Positions 1-12,338 of a stretch of 42,303 nucleotides of DNA are shown piece after piece; the first letter of the stretch is position 1; every line of letters starts with the position of its first letter. The position numbers and the translations under genes were made by a program. Source of the stretch: Octopus bimaculoides (lineage: Eukaryota). The notes under the pieces are model-generated. The model had not been told where the DNA came from and did no database searches. It saw only the letters and a list, made by a program, of their open reading frames with translations. The DNA lies in contig NC_068982.1 of the NCBI RefSeq assembly GCF_001194135.2, positions 9,354,275 to 9,396,577 on the forward strand, given 5' to 3'.

Positions 1-76
<76 letters not shown>

Positions 77-110
77 TATATTTATGTAAGTATATTTGTG
101 TATATATTTA
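1..110. repeat. Compound (TA)n/(TG)n microsatellite
   Basis: Direct reading of the sequence. Confidence 0.97.
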
Positions 111-1152
111 TGTTTAGATTGTAGTTTCTGTTGATTACTAACACGGCGATACATTCCGTAATGAACTTCAGTTAACAAGTTGATATATAATAAATCTTAT
201 AAAAGTGTAATGTATTTTCTCCATTTCGGTAAAATATTTCATTAATTACTTCATTCCCACAGATTTCTAGATTTGAAAGTTTATCACCTGAAGCAATACG
301 TCTATATTTTTCTAGCAAGTTGCTGTCACGAGCAGTGGTTAAAAATTGTGTGTTATAACAAAGCAGTTTGATAATTTGGTTTTCCAAAGTTCTTTTAAGC
401 ATACACGTGATTCACATTCTGTAAAATATCGTATCACTATTCAACTCTATCACGTTTCTTTATTGTATTCAGACGTAGTACTTTATTGTTAAAATCTTTC
501 TTCTTATTTTCTTTCTTGATCTAAGGTGAAAATATGTTCATTTATCCTTTAGATTTGTTTAATAATACGGAAGTGCTTCTTCTATTCGCCCTCCCACATA
601 TACCTTATGGGTTACTGACAGACATATATCTGCTCATGGTTCGTTTGTGATAGGGTTTTCGGTTACAGAATTTCCTATTCAAGGATTTTTCTTTTTTGTT
701 CAGATTCTTCTTATTCTTCTCAGTTTCCAACAAAGCAAGAAGGTTCTGCCGATTAAATTTACGTAATAAAAACATATTTTATATATTCTTATAATGCATT
801 CTTCCTCTGTTCTCTTTAAACAGTGAATTTTCAAAACAGAATACATTACGTTGCATCTTTTATCATATATCCTACTTTTTTAAGAACACAAACTAAACAT
901 TTATTATGTTAACCAAGTGCATTAATGCTTAAGAATATCAATGTAAATTTATCAGCTAGATGCACAACTTGTCCAAATGTAGATTTTTGGGGCCTTTTTG
1001 TACATCTCAAGAAAATGTTCATCTGTATTTCCTACTGATCTCCATAAAAGTACAATATTTCTGCATTTTAACATTCTGACCCATGTACTTGCATTAGGTT
1101 TGCTTCTTGGTTTGTCTTTTGAATGTTTGATAACTAAGAATTATTGGTTTCA

Positions 1153-1963
1153 AATTTTGGCTCAAGGCCTGTAATGTTAGGGGTGGGGATAAGTCGATTA
1201 CATCAGCCCCAGTGCTCAACTGGTACTTACTTTATAGCCCTTGGGAGAATGAAAGGCAAAGTCGACCTCGGCGAAATTTGAACTCACAATGTGGAGACGG
1301 ACGAAATGCCGCTAAGCATTTTTGCTCGGCGAGCACACCATTCTCATAGCATGCAGCCTTATTTTTTGAAATGATATTGGCATCAGATTTTTAGCACAAA
1401 GCCATCAAAATTGCTCTGGTGGTACTTATATTTCCGATACCGAAAGAGATGAAAAGCAAAGTTAACTGAGAACGTATAAACGGAAGAAATGTTGGTAAGC
1501 ACTTTGCCCCTCGTTGAAGGCTTCTGCCAGCTTGCAGCCTTGTTTATTGTTTTTGAAATAATATTCTTTTCTACTGTAGGCACAAAGCCTGAAATTTTGG
1601 AAGAGAGGGGGCCAGTCGATTAGATCGACCCCAGTACGCAACTGGTACTTAATTTATCGACCCCGAAAGGATGAAAGGCCAAGTCGACTTCGGCGAATTC
1701 AAACACAGAACGTATAGACAGACGAAATACCTATTTCGTTATTGCCCACAAGGGGCTAAACATAGAGGGAACAAACAAGAACAGACGAACGGATTGAGCC
1801 GATTACATCGACCCAGTGCGTAACTGGTACTTAATTTGTCGACCCCGAAAGGATGAAAGGCAAAGTCGACCTCGGTGGAATTTGAACTCAGAACGTAAAG
1901 ACAGACGAAATACCGTTAAGCATTTCGCCCGGCGTGCTAACGATTCTGCCAGCTCGCCGCCTT
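1153..1963 (-). mobile_element. Cluster of four tRNA-derived SINE copies, family A (about 1153-1360, 1388-1541, 1565-1731, 1732-1963)
   Basis: Each copy contains the recurrent block ACTGGTACTT..ATCGACCCCGAAAGGATGAAAGGCAAAGTCGACCTCGG.GGAATTTGAACTCAGAACG or a decayed version. On the minus strand the last copy starts GGCGGCGAGCTGGCAGAATCGTTAGC (A-box-like) and contains GAGTTCAAATTCC (B-box-like). The central domain resembles, from memory, the Meta-type SINE domain (unverified). Confidence 0.9.
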
Positions 1964-3180
1964 GGAGTTTGAAATAATATTGATACATAGTTAAGTCTGC
2001 AATGTATTCATCATATTGCCATTAACTCTCCAATGATAATCTATTTCACAGATAGGTGCTGTGAACGAGAATATACCAGGTCGTAGAGTACGACTAACAA
2101 AATGATACTCAACGATAAATAATATAATTATAAGATGCAAGTAGAAAAAATGTGTTTTAATGGTTAAACACAACGACGAAACGATAAATATTTCTATATT
2201 GATAAAAAAAATTGGTGGTAACATGTTTTATTGAACTTAAGGGCGGTGTCCACTTATTGTTACGTTGATGTTATTAATTTGTAATTAGTTTCATTGAGGT
2301 AATTTGAAGTAGGTACTTTATGCTGCTTTCTCTCTCCTTGTTGATTATTAACAGTAGGAGCAATTATGTATGTAACATTTCAAAGTAAAAATCCATAGAG
2401 AGATATAAGATACATCATATATAAGACACATCGCTACAATAAAATGAAAAGAAACAACGCCCCCAATACAGCTTCTAACTTCAAATATATGTCTGATCAT
2501 AAATAAAACTGTCCACACACATTGCAACAAAAGCATTAACTTGTACACAAGTACGCATCTTCCTTTAAAATACGGGATTCTATTTACAGAGCATAATTCA
2601 AAGAAATCCGTGAATCCTATTAATGTTGATAGAAGAGAATTTTATTTTATCATTAAACGGTATTAATCCCCTAACTACGGTTGCATTCAGTGACACACAA
2701 ATAAATTATCCATAGAAGTAGCATCCAATGCCTTTAACATAAAATCCACCAATCACACAAACACTTCTGAAAGAGCGGTCTCAATTGTCTTTTTTATTTC
2801 TCCTTTCGTATTTAAATTGTTGTAATTGAAATGAATTCAATATTAGCTAAAACATCATTGCTAATTTATTCTTTATCTGAAAGATCACAAACCACAAAAT
2901 GCTACCGGCGCATTAATAATAGTTAAATTATATCAAATGCTCATATCCAAACAAAGAAGGATATTAACATTTTTTTAAAACTTATGAATCATGACAAATA
3001 AATATCAATTAGCAAGAATCACAAACTAAACAAACCATTTCTTGAATTATCTGCCTGCTAACGGTAAATTCTCCCTAGAATGCATTATGATGATATAGAG
3101 TATACAATGCTAAACGCAACCACTTAATAATATTCTAGTTACATACTATCTTTATGTGTATTGCACAATATATACGAATA

Positions 3181-3238
<58 letters not shown>

Positions 3239-3248
3239 NNNNNNNNNN

Positions 3249-3308
<60 letters not shown>

Positions 3309-3332
3309 TAGATAGACAGAGAGAGAGAGAGA
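3181..3332. repeat. (TG)n(AG)n microsatellite with a 10-N gap at 3239-3248
   Basis: Direct reading of the sequence. Confidence 0.97.
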
Positions 3333-4323
3333 AACTGTATGTGAAGGGGTGTCTCAGAATTCTTCTTAAAACCTAGTGTATAAACATCTAATCCACTCTT
3401 AGAATCCAAAATGACGTAATATGACTGGAATTTCTGTTAAAGTAGCTCTAACAGTCAATTTGCGACGTATTTTTGAAACATTTAACAATCGGCGCCAACA
3501 ACACGTTTCGTCAAAAGCTAACTAGAGAGGCTACACCTTCAAGATATATCACCACATTTCCCTGAAATATTACTTCTCAATATCTTTAAATGCTCTTATG
3601 GAGCAGTTTTAGATATCCCAGAATATGCGTAAATCATTCTGGAATACCTTTCAGCATGAATCTACCTGATTTAAAGCTGACATGGCACCCTTCAAAAACA
3701 AACATCTACATATTCAGTTACCTATTAATTAAGGGGCAGCGACGAGTGTGTTTTTAATGAAAATATTCTTAACAGTATTATGCTAGTCTGTCAGAAACGT
3801 ATCCGCTTATCTTCTTCCGTTGTAATTTATGTTATGTTAAAACTATCCGAAGCTCTAAAATGCTATTAGTTTATGAGCAAATCTTACTGCAATAAATTCT
3901 GCCCTTAGTCAAGTTAATTCCGTTCCTCAATATTCTAAGTCTAAAGTTTAGTTTGATAAGTAAATTAATCTTCATAAATATAAAGGTGAAATTACGTTTG
4001 CTTCTAATATATATTACATTAATCCATAGTATTTATCTAAATGATTGAAGACGTAATGAGATGTGAAATATTTGTTTGCTTCGACGGCAAAATTGTCAGC
4101 ATGACACGCGCTCTCAAATATCAGTCATTCAGATGTATCAAAGAAAATAACTATTCAGCAACAAAAAAATAACATTTCACTCCTTGACATTAAAACAAAA
4201 GGTCCATTGTAACCCTTACGGAAAGGTCTAAAATGCGACTTTTACATCAGTAAATTTCTTAAATCCTATTGACATTTACATAAAATTTTTGATATAATAC
4301 TGTTTTGAGCATCTATTTGCTTA

Positions 4324-4540
4324 TATGTATATATACATACATATATATATACATAACAAGCACACACACACACACNNNNNNNNNNNNNNNNNNNNNNNNN
4401 NNNNNNNNNNNNNNNNNNNNNNNNNNNNNNNNNNNNNNNNNNNNNNNNNNNNNNNNNNNNNNNNNNNNNNNNNNNTATATATATATATATAATACACACA
4501 CACACACACGTATATATATACATAATACACACACACACAC

Positions 4541-4577
<37 letters not shown>

Positions 4578-4625
4578 ACAAGCACACACACACACACACA
4601 CACACACAAGCTCACACGTATATAT
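4324..4625. repeat. Compound (TA)n/(CA)n microsatellite with a gap at 4376-4475
   Basis: Direct reading; explains the YIYI/THTH ORFs. Confidence 0.96.
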
Positions 4626-5104
4626 ACTGTGCTGAAAACTATCTTGGACACTTGATGTAATTATAAGTTTTCTCTTCTGGTTTGCTGAAAAATCTGACAC
4701 CAAAACCTTGTATGAATGAAATTTTCAGAAGTAAAAACAAACAACAATAAAACAAAAATGTCTTCTATTACTGTCACTTCGCAGATATTTCCAAGAAACA
4801 CGCTGAGTTTGTTTTTCAGATAAGTATAAATACAATAGGATGTGTTTATATTGATTAACCTCAAAGTCGAAATTTGATAAATTGGTAAGTTTCTCAATAG
4901 CAATGTCTCCTTATATATCCCCTAAGGGTCATTAATATATTCATTAATCTGTGGCAGATGATTACTGCACTAAGGCTTAGAATGTTTTAATTACTGTTTT
5001 AATGCTTCCTCTCTAAAGATAACCAGTATCATTAAAAACGTTTATCCTGTTTCATTAATATATATCATACGGTGCATATTCTCTTTGTCTACCTTAAAAA
5101 AAGT

Positions 5105-5500
5105 GGAGGCGCAATGGCCCAGTGGTTAGGGCAGCGGACTCGTGGTCATAGAATCACGGTTTCGATTCCCAGACCGGGCGTTGTGAGCGTTTATTGAGTG
5201 AAAACACTTAAATCTCCACGATGCTCCGACAGGGGGTGGTGGTGGCGAACCCTGCTGTACTCTTTCACCACAACTTTCTCTCACTCTTGCTTCCTGTTTC
5301 TATTGTGCCTGTATTTCAAAGGGCCAGCCTTGTCACACTGTCACGCTAAATATCCCCGAGAACTACGTTAAGGGTACACGTGTCTGTGGAGTGCTCAGCC
5401 ACTTGCACATTAATTTCACGAGCAGGCTGTTCCGTTGATCAGATCAACTGGAACCCTCGACGTCGTAAGCGACGGAGTGCCACCACCACCAACAACAACA
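5105..5500 (+). mobile_element. Apparently full-length tRNA-derived SINE, family B, with (CCA/CAA)n tail and probable target-site duplication
   Basis: A-box TGGCCCAGTGG at 5115, B-box GGTTTCGATTCCC at 5158-5170, tail CACCACCACCAACAACAACA. ACCTTAAA occurs on both flanks (5091-5098 and 5501-5508). A homologous head is present at 11583. Confidence 0.88.
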
Positions 5501-6452
5501 ACCTTAAACAAAAACAGATTTGATTTTAAGATAAGCCTGTACAAGCGATTACAGGGAAGATATAATGCTGATCCTGTATACGTACATTAATTATATCACT
5601 TCCACCTCAAAAGAATGAAATAACATTACTGGTATGTTGAAATTACTCGCATGTCGAAGTTATTGAATGCAAGCTAAAATGTATTTCTGTCTGTAGCCTA
5701 TCACTTTTGTCTGGTTACACTCTACATTTTAAATTAGGTGTTATTTTCTCTTACGAAACAACTCCAAAGCTTACAAATTCGTTTTTCGCGTTTGTAATTT
5801 GGCAACAACGATTTCTCTCCAGTAAACTGAATAAAACTATCTTCTCTGTATTCCTTTATTTGCTGTTGCTACCACTCACCAAATTTTGACAATCAAGTGC
5901 AGGTTTCTTTTATTTTCAGAAAACGCACTATCTCAGAACAGCTGATGTCTCCCCATTCCCTACAAAGTATAATTTTACACTACGCAGCATTTCTTGCATA
6001 GATGAGGCGGCAACACGTCTACAGAAAAAATTATAGATCATATTAAAGAAGATTGGCCTAAAAAATCTCTCAATCATAAAAATTCGGTAACTAGTTCACT
6101 GAGGAATTGTAATCTCACTTTAATTACTACAACATTTCCTTCGTTGGTGAATAAGCAAGCAGTGTTTGTTTTCAACCAAATCACGCCAGTTCATATTACC
6201 TTCTTTCTTACAACACGATGCCCCAGTCAAAATTTCTACTGAATAATTCATCCAATATCTCTCCCCTAAAAAAAAAAAAAAATCCGTAAGAATACTCAGC
6301 CTTCCCATGTCTTCCCTTCATTCAGTAGCAAGCATAAGAGCATCTTAAACTATATCGATCTTATCACCTTGAGAAATCTTTCGACTGTTATGAACTCTGC
6401 CAATCTGTATTCTGGTAAATATTAGCATTCTCCAACACATGTCGTACAGGGT

Positions 6453-6489
<37 letters not shown>

Positions 6490-8194
6490 TTCAAGAAGAA
6501 AAATATCGGACTTTACATTTGAATGAATATCACCAAGTTCTCTAGACATCATTAACAAAGATTTGGGAATTAAAATATTGTCTGGCTAAAATTGAAGAAG
6601 TGAAATTTCATACTAAAACATCAATACTTTAATACTTATACTTAATAGACAGTAGTTGGAAACTGATACTCTCAACATTGTAAATCATTTTATAATTACG
6701 ACCCCATACTTCACACTTCTGAACTCAAGTTCATTGAAAAAGGAAACGACAAGTGATATGATCAATTACACATTTTATTGATTGGGTGTTATAGTTACGA
6801 AAGAGGATTGAGTTGTATGACGACACACTCCCATCCTTAACAGATACACAACGCTGTGTTTAATGTAGCTAAGTAATCTATCATAAACTATAAAGAAGCC
6901 TTTTAATACTGAACAAAGTAGCTAACAAACTAACATGGTTATTTGTGTGAAACGAAAGTATGAAATAAGCATATTTTTTTATGGAAGGTTTGTTGACAAT
7001 TGAATTAATATCATTACATTACTTAGAAAGATAGAACATAAAGTAGACTCTGTTGGTATATCATGTTAGAATCCAATGAAAAGAATTTAAGGAGATTATG
7101 ATACACTGTATCTAAAATATATTTAACTCAAGCAGCTTTAAATTTTGAAAACGGTAAATATAGAGCAGGAATTGATTATAATATCCTCAATCATGATTGA
7201 TAAGGAAACAATTTTAGAAACGATCAGAACTATTCTCGGGTTGAAGTTTAGGCGTCATTATTATCACATCATCATGGAAAATATCAAACAGAATGTCGTG
7301 TCCAGATCAAAGAAAGATGAGAAAACATTGATAACATTTACGAATGAGGGTTATAACATTTAAACCTCTAATGATCGCGGGGAATTACATTATGTTTGTT
7401 GAAACTAAATTCATTATTGAACATATACATGATATCAATACTTAATAAACAAGTCGGAAACCGTTCAACCGATAACCAGGAGGTTATTAACAGTAGTTTC
7501 GAAATTCAAACAAAAACGTGTTTTTACGATGATTGTTTATACGAGAGCAGTAGCAACGCCCTGCTGTTTTAAAAAGTTGTTTGTGCAACAAAGTCTTTGG
7601 CACCTGTACAAATTTCAAATATATTAACGAAATAAATCATTAAAAAAAAGAACTGAAATGTTCATATAAAAAACGAAAACGATAAGATTAAGGCTACAAG
7701 AATTTTATAAATCAAATTTTATATCGAAATATTTTAAATATATGGAAACTATTTCATTAATCATCGCATAAATTCAATGATTCAGAAATCTGCTCACGTC
7801 AAATCATGCACCACTGCTAAAATTGAGAAGCAGATATCTGATAATTTGATTGCTGTTATAAAATGTACTGTTTATCTACTACTTACTACGCTAATAAATA
7901 TTCTTTTGACAATGGAGAATCTTTTGTTTGAATTTCTTTGGTTTCTTTGTTTTCAAATTTCAAAAGGTCATACATAAATATCTCCATGCTCTTTGGTCAC
8001 TTGAACTGAGCAAAGATAGTTATACATCTGCATTGGTGTTTACCAATTTTCATTCACGATGCGGGGCTGTATTTTGACTAAGAGAAATATCGTTATGTAT
8101 CCTACATGTAAATCTTCAATATACTGTAGTATTAGTAAGTTCCCACGGACTGGAATATTTTACAATGAAAATAGAAGAAAATTTGAAAAATAAA

Positions 8195-10105
8195 TTAGTA
8201 AGTAGCCCACCTGATACCTCAAATCATAATGGTAAACACGAGGAAAGCTTTACGATGATAAAAAAAGAAGTACCAACAAAGGCAAATCAATGCATTAATG
8301 GGTAGATTCACCTTCATCAACATCAGATGGCCCCAGGGTGACATAATTTCAGTAACGACACGTAAAGAGTGAGATCGAGCAGAATCTTTGTTTGATTTCA
8401 GGAAAATATTGTTCGTAGAGCAAATTATACTTTCTCCAACCAGAAAGAATAACATCGTAGAGCTCTGTTTCACCAACAATATGGAACTTATCCAGAATGT
8501 AAAGGTGTTACTGACAATTCTCTCAGACCACGACGTATTAGAACTGACAACGGTCCAAAGCTAATTAAAAATGTATCCCACACACGCCCTATCCTGACTG
8601 AACTCCTACAAGGCTGGCTGAAAGTGAATTGAAAAACAGACTCAAAGAAAATTTAGCATAATAGTCTTTCTGTACAGGATGCTGATATGAAACTCAAAAA
8701 ATTCACGTGAATAAGCTAGCCATATGCATTAAGTAAGCCCCAGAGAGGTGAGCCAATACATGCAAAAGCAGTAGAGTCATCATGAGACTGAAAGTTAATA
8801 TTTCAAATCCTTTAAATAAACAACTTAATTACAGGAAGATGTATATATCAAAGGAGCTCTCTTAGAGATCGAAAATAAAATCAGACTCCCTCAAGAAAAA
8901 GAAAGGAAAGAAAGAGAAATTAGGGCTGTGAAAAATATATAAAAAAAGAATCCCGAAGCCTTCTACAAGTTTTCAAAAGAATCTGCCTCAGTGTGCTACA
9001 AGATAGGGCCACTGCTTTAAGAAATTTGGCTCACTAACCCGCAGGCCCCTTGCAGATACGCGAAATACTCAATAAACAATTCCAAAGTATTTTCGCCTCT
9101 CCATTGACATGTATGTAAATAAACAAGCCTCATGAGTTCTTCAATACCACAAATCTCAACGAGAAAGAGGCGACCGTTGATTACATCAACACAAAGGAAT
9201 AAGAGTGCAACACCAGCCATTGATAAGTTGAACTCGAACTCAGCGGTGGATCTAGATGGATTTCAGGCTGTTCTCTTAAAAATATGCAAGAAAGCTCTCG
9301 CATAACCCATACAAATCCTTTTCCAGAGTTTCCTGACACGTGGTAAACTTACCAAATGTTGAAAGTAGACATATGTCCATAAAGGAGAAACTGGAGCAAA
9401 TGCTCACATTTACGAGCCTATTTCTCTGATCTCACCCGTGAATATTACCAAAATGACAACACTGATTCTGAGATCATTTAGAACGGGGAAAAAAGAATAC
9501 TATGCTACTCCTAAGGGGAATATTCGTTCTTAGTCGCTTCGATTACCACTCCTAAAGCGTCGAACAAACAGCAGACCTCCAGGCAATTCAACGTCACTAC
9601 GCGTAAAAAAATTGACAGTGTATAACAGATGGGTTATTGGGAGAGGCTAAAGAAAATGAAGCTCCACCCCCACTAGTAAGAGGACACTGAAGATATGCAA
9701 TAGTATACATATGGAAGATCCTGCAATGTGTAGTTCCCTACTTTGGGATTGGAAGCAATTCTAACATCCGATCTAGGTGGCACTGCATAGTACCAAAATC
9801 CCATTTTCTCCATCTAGAATGAGAACCCAGTGTTGTGACACATTAAGATTCAAGGGCCCAAGACTATTCTATATTCTTCCAAATCACCTCAAAGGTCTGC
9901 AAGGTGAAACTAGGGAAGTTTTCAAGGAACGTTAGGATAAATTTTTATCAGAGATACCAAATGAGCTCACTTCGCGGAAGGGAACACAGAGAACAGCTTT
10001 GTCCTCTTCGCTATTTCACCAGAGACAATTCCACAAAGAAAACCAATCGCACTAAACGTGATACTCCAACTTGGCCTCAGCCGCTCGGTGAAACCAATAA
10101 AAAAT
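8195..10105 (+). mobile_element. Decayed, internally deleted CR1-group (CR1/L2-like) LINE ORF2: APE endonuclease C-half, RT N-terminus and ORF2 C-terminus
   Basis: Frameshifted translations: ALMGRFTFINIRW (MGDFN motif); EQIILSPTRKNNIVELCFTNN...ILSDHDVL (APE end); NPKAFYKF; REILNKQFQSIF; DLDGFQAVLLKICKKALA...YEPISLISP (RT domain 1); then directly LQAIQRHY, YWERLKKMKL, FKGPRLFYILP, DKFLSEIPNE, RTALSSSLFHQ. AATAAA occurs near 10096. Many stops and frameshifts. Confidence 0.92.
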
Positions 10106-10107
10106 CG

Positions 10108-10708
10108 TTTTCTACTCTAGGCACAAGACCCGAAATTTGCGGTGAGGGGGCCAGACGATTAGACCGCTCGCAGTATGCAACTGGTACTTATTTAATCGAC
10201 CCCGAAAGGGTGAAAGGCAAAGTCGACTGCGGCAGAATTTGAACTCAGAATGTAGACTGACGAAATACCTCTAAGCATTTCGCCCGGGAGCTAACGTTTC
10301 TTTTCTACTCCAGGAACAAGGCCCGAACTTTTTAGGGAGGGGGCCAGTCGATTAGATCGACGCCATTACGCAACTGGTACTTAATTTAATGACCCCGAAA
10401 TGATGAAAAGCAAAGTTAACCTCGGCGGAATTTGAACTCAGAACGTAACAACAGAGGAAATGCTGCTAAGCATTTCACCCAGCGTGCTAACGTTTCTTTT
10501 CTACTCTAGGTATAAAGCCCGAAATATTTGGGGAGTGGGCCAGTCGATTAGATGATTCCAGTACGCAGTTGGTACTTAATTTATCGACCGCGAAAGGATG
10601 AAAGGCAAAATTGACCTCGGCGGAATGTGAACTCGGAACGAAATGGCAGACGAAATACCGCTAAAAATTTCGCCCGGCGTGCTGTGGTTTCTACGAGCTC
10701 GCCGCCTT
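10108..10708 (-). mobile_element. Three head-to-tail family A SINE copies (10108-10300, 10301-10496, 10497-10708)
   Basis: About 195-bp periodicity. Each unit begins TTTTCTACTC(T/C)AGG on +; the first two end at GCTAACGTTTC and the third retains the GGCGGCGAGC head. Confidence 0.92.
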
Positions 10709-11442
10709 TGAAGCCAATAAAAGTTAAGCCAAAACAGATACAGTAGCGGACTAATTAACATATTTTCTGTTATACCACACACAACTAAAAAAATTAAACA
10801 AATAACTGATCGATAGACATAGTGCAAATTAAGGTGAACGACTATGTAGAAGAGATTATTTTTTGCAACATAGATATTGTAATACACTCAATGAAACAAA
10901 ATAAGAATATACAATTCTATATTTTTATTTGTATTTTGATAAACATTCTTCTATGAATTAATATAACTGAACAGAAAAAAGTTGTAGGTTTTACTAATGT
11001 ATATTAAACGCAATCAGTTTTGTTCAAAATAAAGTATAATGCTATTATTTTCATATAATCAACAACTATATGATACGAAAAATATAGAGACTACTTCTTG
11101 TCTGTTACTAAGTTACTAAGCTGTAAAATTCTTTCTATTCATTTCTAAGAAAAGCAACGATTAAGGAATAATCGAGAATAAACAAAAATATGATCTATTC
11201 ATACAACCCTGCATCAAATTACTTCGTCAAAATTTGCAACAAAGGTTCAGTTTTATTGTCTTCTATTTCACAATGAGACAACGCTTCGAACGGAGAAACA
11301 AATCCTTTTGACAATGTCTCTCGTTCTAATATCAAACAGAGGAACCATACGGTGTGTAATTAGGGAAACTAGTTATGGCGATAATAATTGATTCTAACAG
11401 AGACGAAAACCTGCAAATTGTGAGAAAGGGCTTTATCCCTTA

Positions 11443-11575
11443 TATATCGACCTCAAGCATAACAAAGTCAACCACGCCAGGATCTGAACTTGGGGTGCTA
11501 GGAATCAGAACAAATACCGCAGACTATTTTGTGGAACTCTATAACAATTCTGCATTTTGTCGGTTTCTACAGCTC
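11443..11575 (-). mobile_element. Highly decayed family A SINE fragment
   Basis: ATATCGACCTCAAGCATAACAAAGTCAACCACGCCAGGATCTGAACT aligns loosely to the family core. Confidence 0.5.
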
Positions 11576-11582
11576 TTAACGT

Positions 11583-11735
11583 GGAGGCGCAGTGACCCAG
11601 TAGTTAGGGCGGGAGACTCGCGGTCACAGGATCACGGTTTCGATTCCCAAACCGGGCGTTGTGAGTGTTTATTGAGCGAAAACACTTAAAGCACCACGAG
11701 GCTCCGGCAGTGGGTGGTGGAGAATTCTGCTGTAT
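11583..11735 (+). mobile_element. 3'-truncated family B SINE (tRNA head plus start of body)
   Basis: GGAGGCGCAGTGACCCAGTAGTTAGGGC...GGTTTCGATTCCCAAACCGGGCGTTGTGAG closely matches 5105-5250. Confidence 0.88.
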
Positions 11736-11954
11736 GTGTATTACCCTGTATGTTTCTGTGTATTATTTACGGTTCCTCTTCTTTTTTTCTTTTCCCTCTC
11801 TCTTCTCATCCCCACTGTCTTTAGTCATGTGGTGTGGTGTTGGGTGTAACTGTTCCATTCATGTTTTCCGTTTAGGCTCGGTCTGTCTGCTGTTATGTGT
11901 GTATCCTCTGTAATATGTCTAAGTGTCGTGTCAGTTCTATGTGTCGATAGTACT

Positions 11955-12338
11955 TTAATATGGATGGCCATAGAAGTTATAGTGGTGGTGTCTACCTCTT
12001 ATCGATCTAGTTGGGCTGAAGCAACTAAGGTCATGTTTAGCTAAGTAATAATTATCGCATGTCAGTCTCAGGAGGAAGCGTAGTCCTTCAGTGACAACAC
12101 CACGGAACTCCACATCACTCTCGCTGATCCCCTCCACACATTTATCCACAGCAAAATCAACATCAATTGATGGGTTTAGGGACACTACGTCCATACTGCT
12201 TATGCATCTCGTCAGGTCGTGGGCATGTTTACACTCATTGATTCTGCTGAGGAGGTCCTCTATGCTGTCGTATGATGATACGCCCCCAGATAAAAATGTC
12301 CCCAGATGAGAGGCGATTATATTGGCAACAATAATTGA
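11955..12338 (-). mobile_element. Penelope-like element reverse transcriptase fragment, probably Naiad-type
   Basis: Open frame of 127 codons: IIASHLGTFL..YDSIEDLLSRINEC...ISSMDVVSLNPSIDVDFAVDKCVEGISESDVEFRGV..LRFLLRLT...SPTRSIRGR. It contains the RT motif-A aspartate (SMDVxxLxPSI) and the STEDLL-like upstream motif that I associate with Naiad-type PLE RTs. Confidence 0.75.

Noticed and set aside
172-402. Minus-strand ORF containing LSNLEICG, similar to LSKHLEICG in the GIY-YIG at 35210
   Set aside because: No other GIY-YIG motif in any frame and no extended nucleotide similarity; treated as coincidence.
4820-4884. Plus-strand segment with strong acceptor (TTTTTCAG) and donor (GTAAGT)
   Set aside because: Stops in all three frames; it could only be a non-coding exon and has no other support.
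6200-6267. Minus-strand GEILDELFSRNFDWGIVL after a poly-T acceptor, vaguely like a Bcl-2 BH1 motif
   Set aside because: An in-frame stop follows immediately, the NWGR core is absent and there are no other BH motifs.
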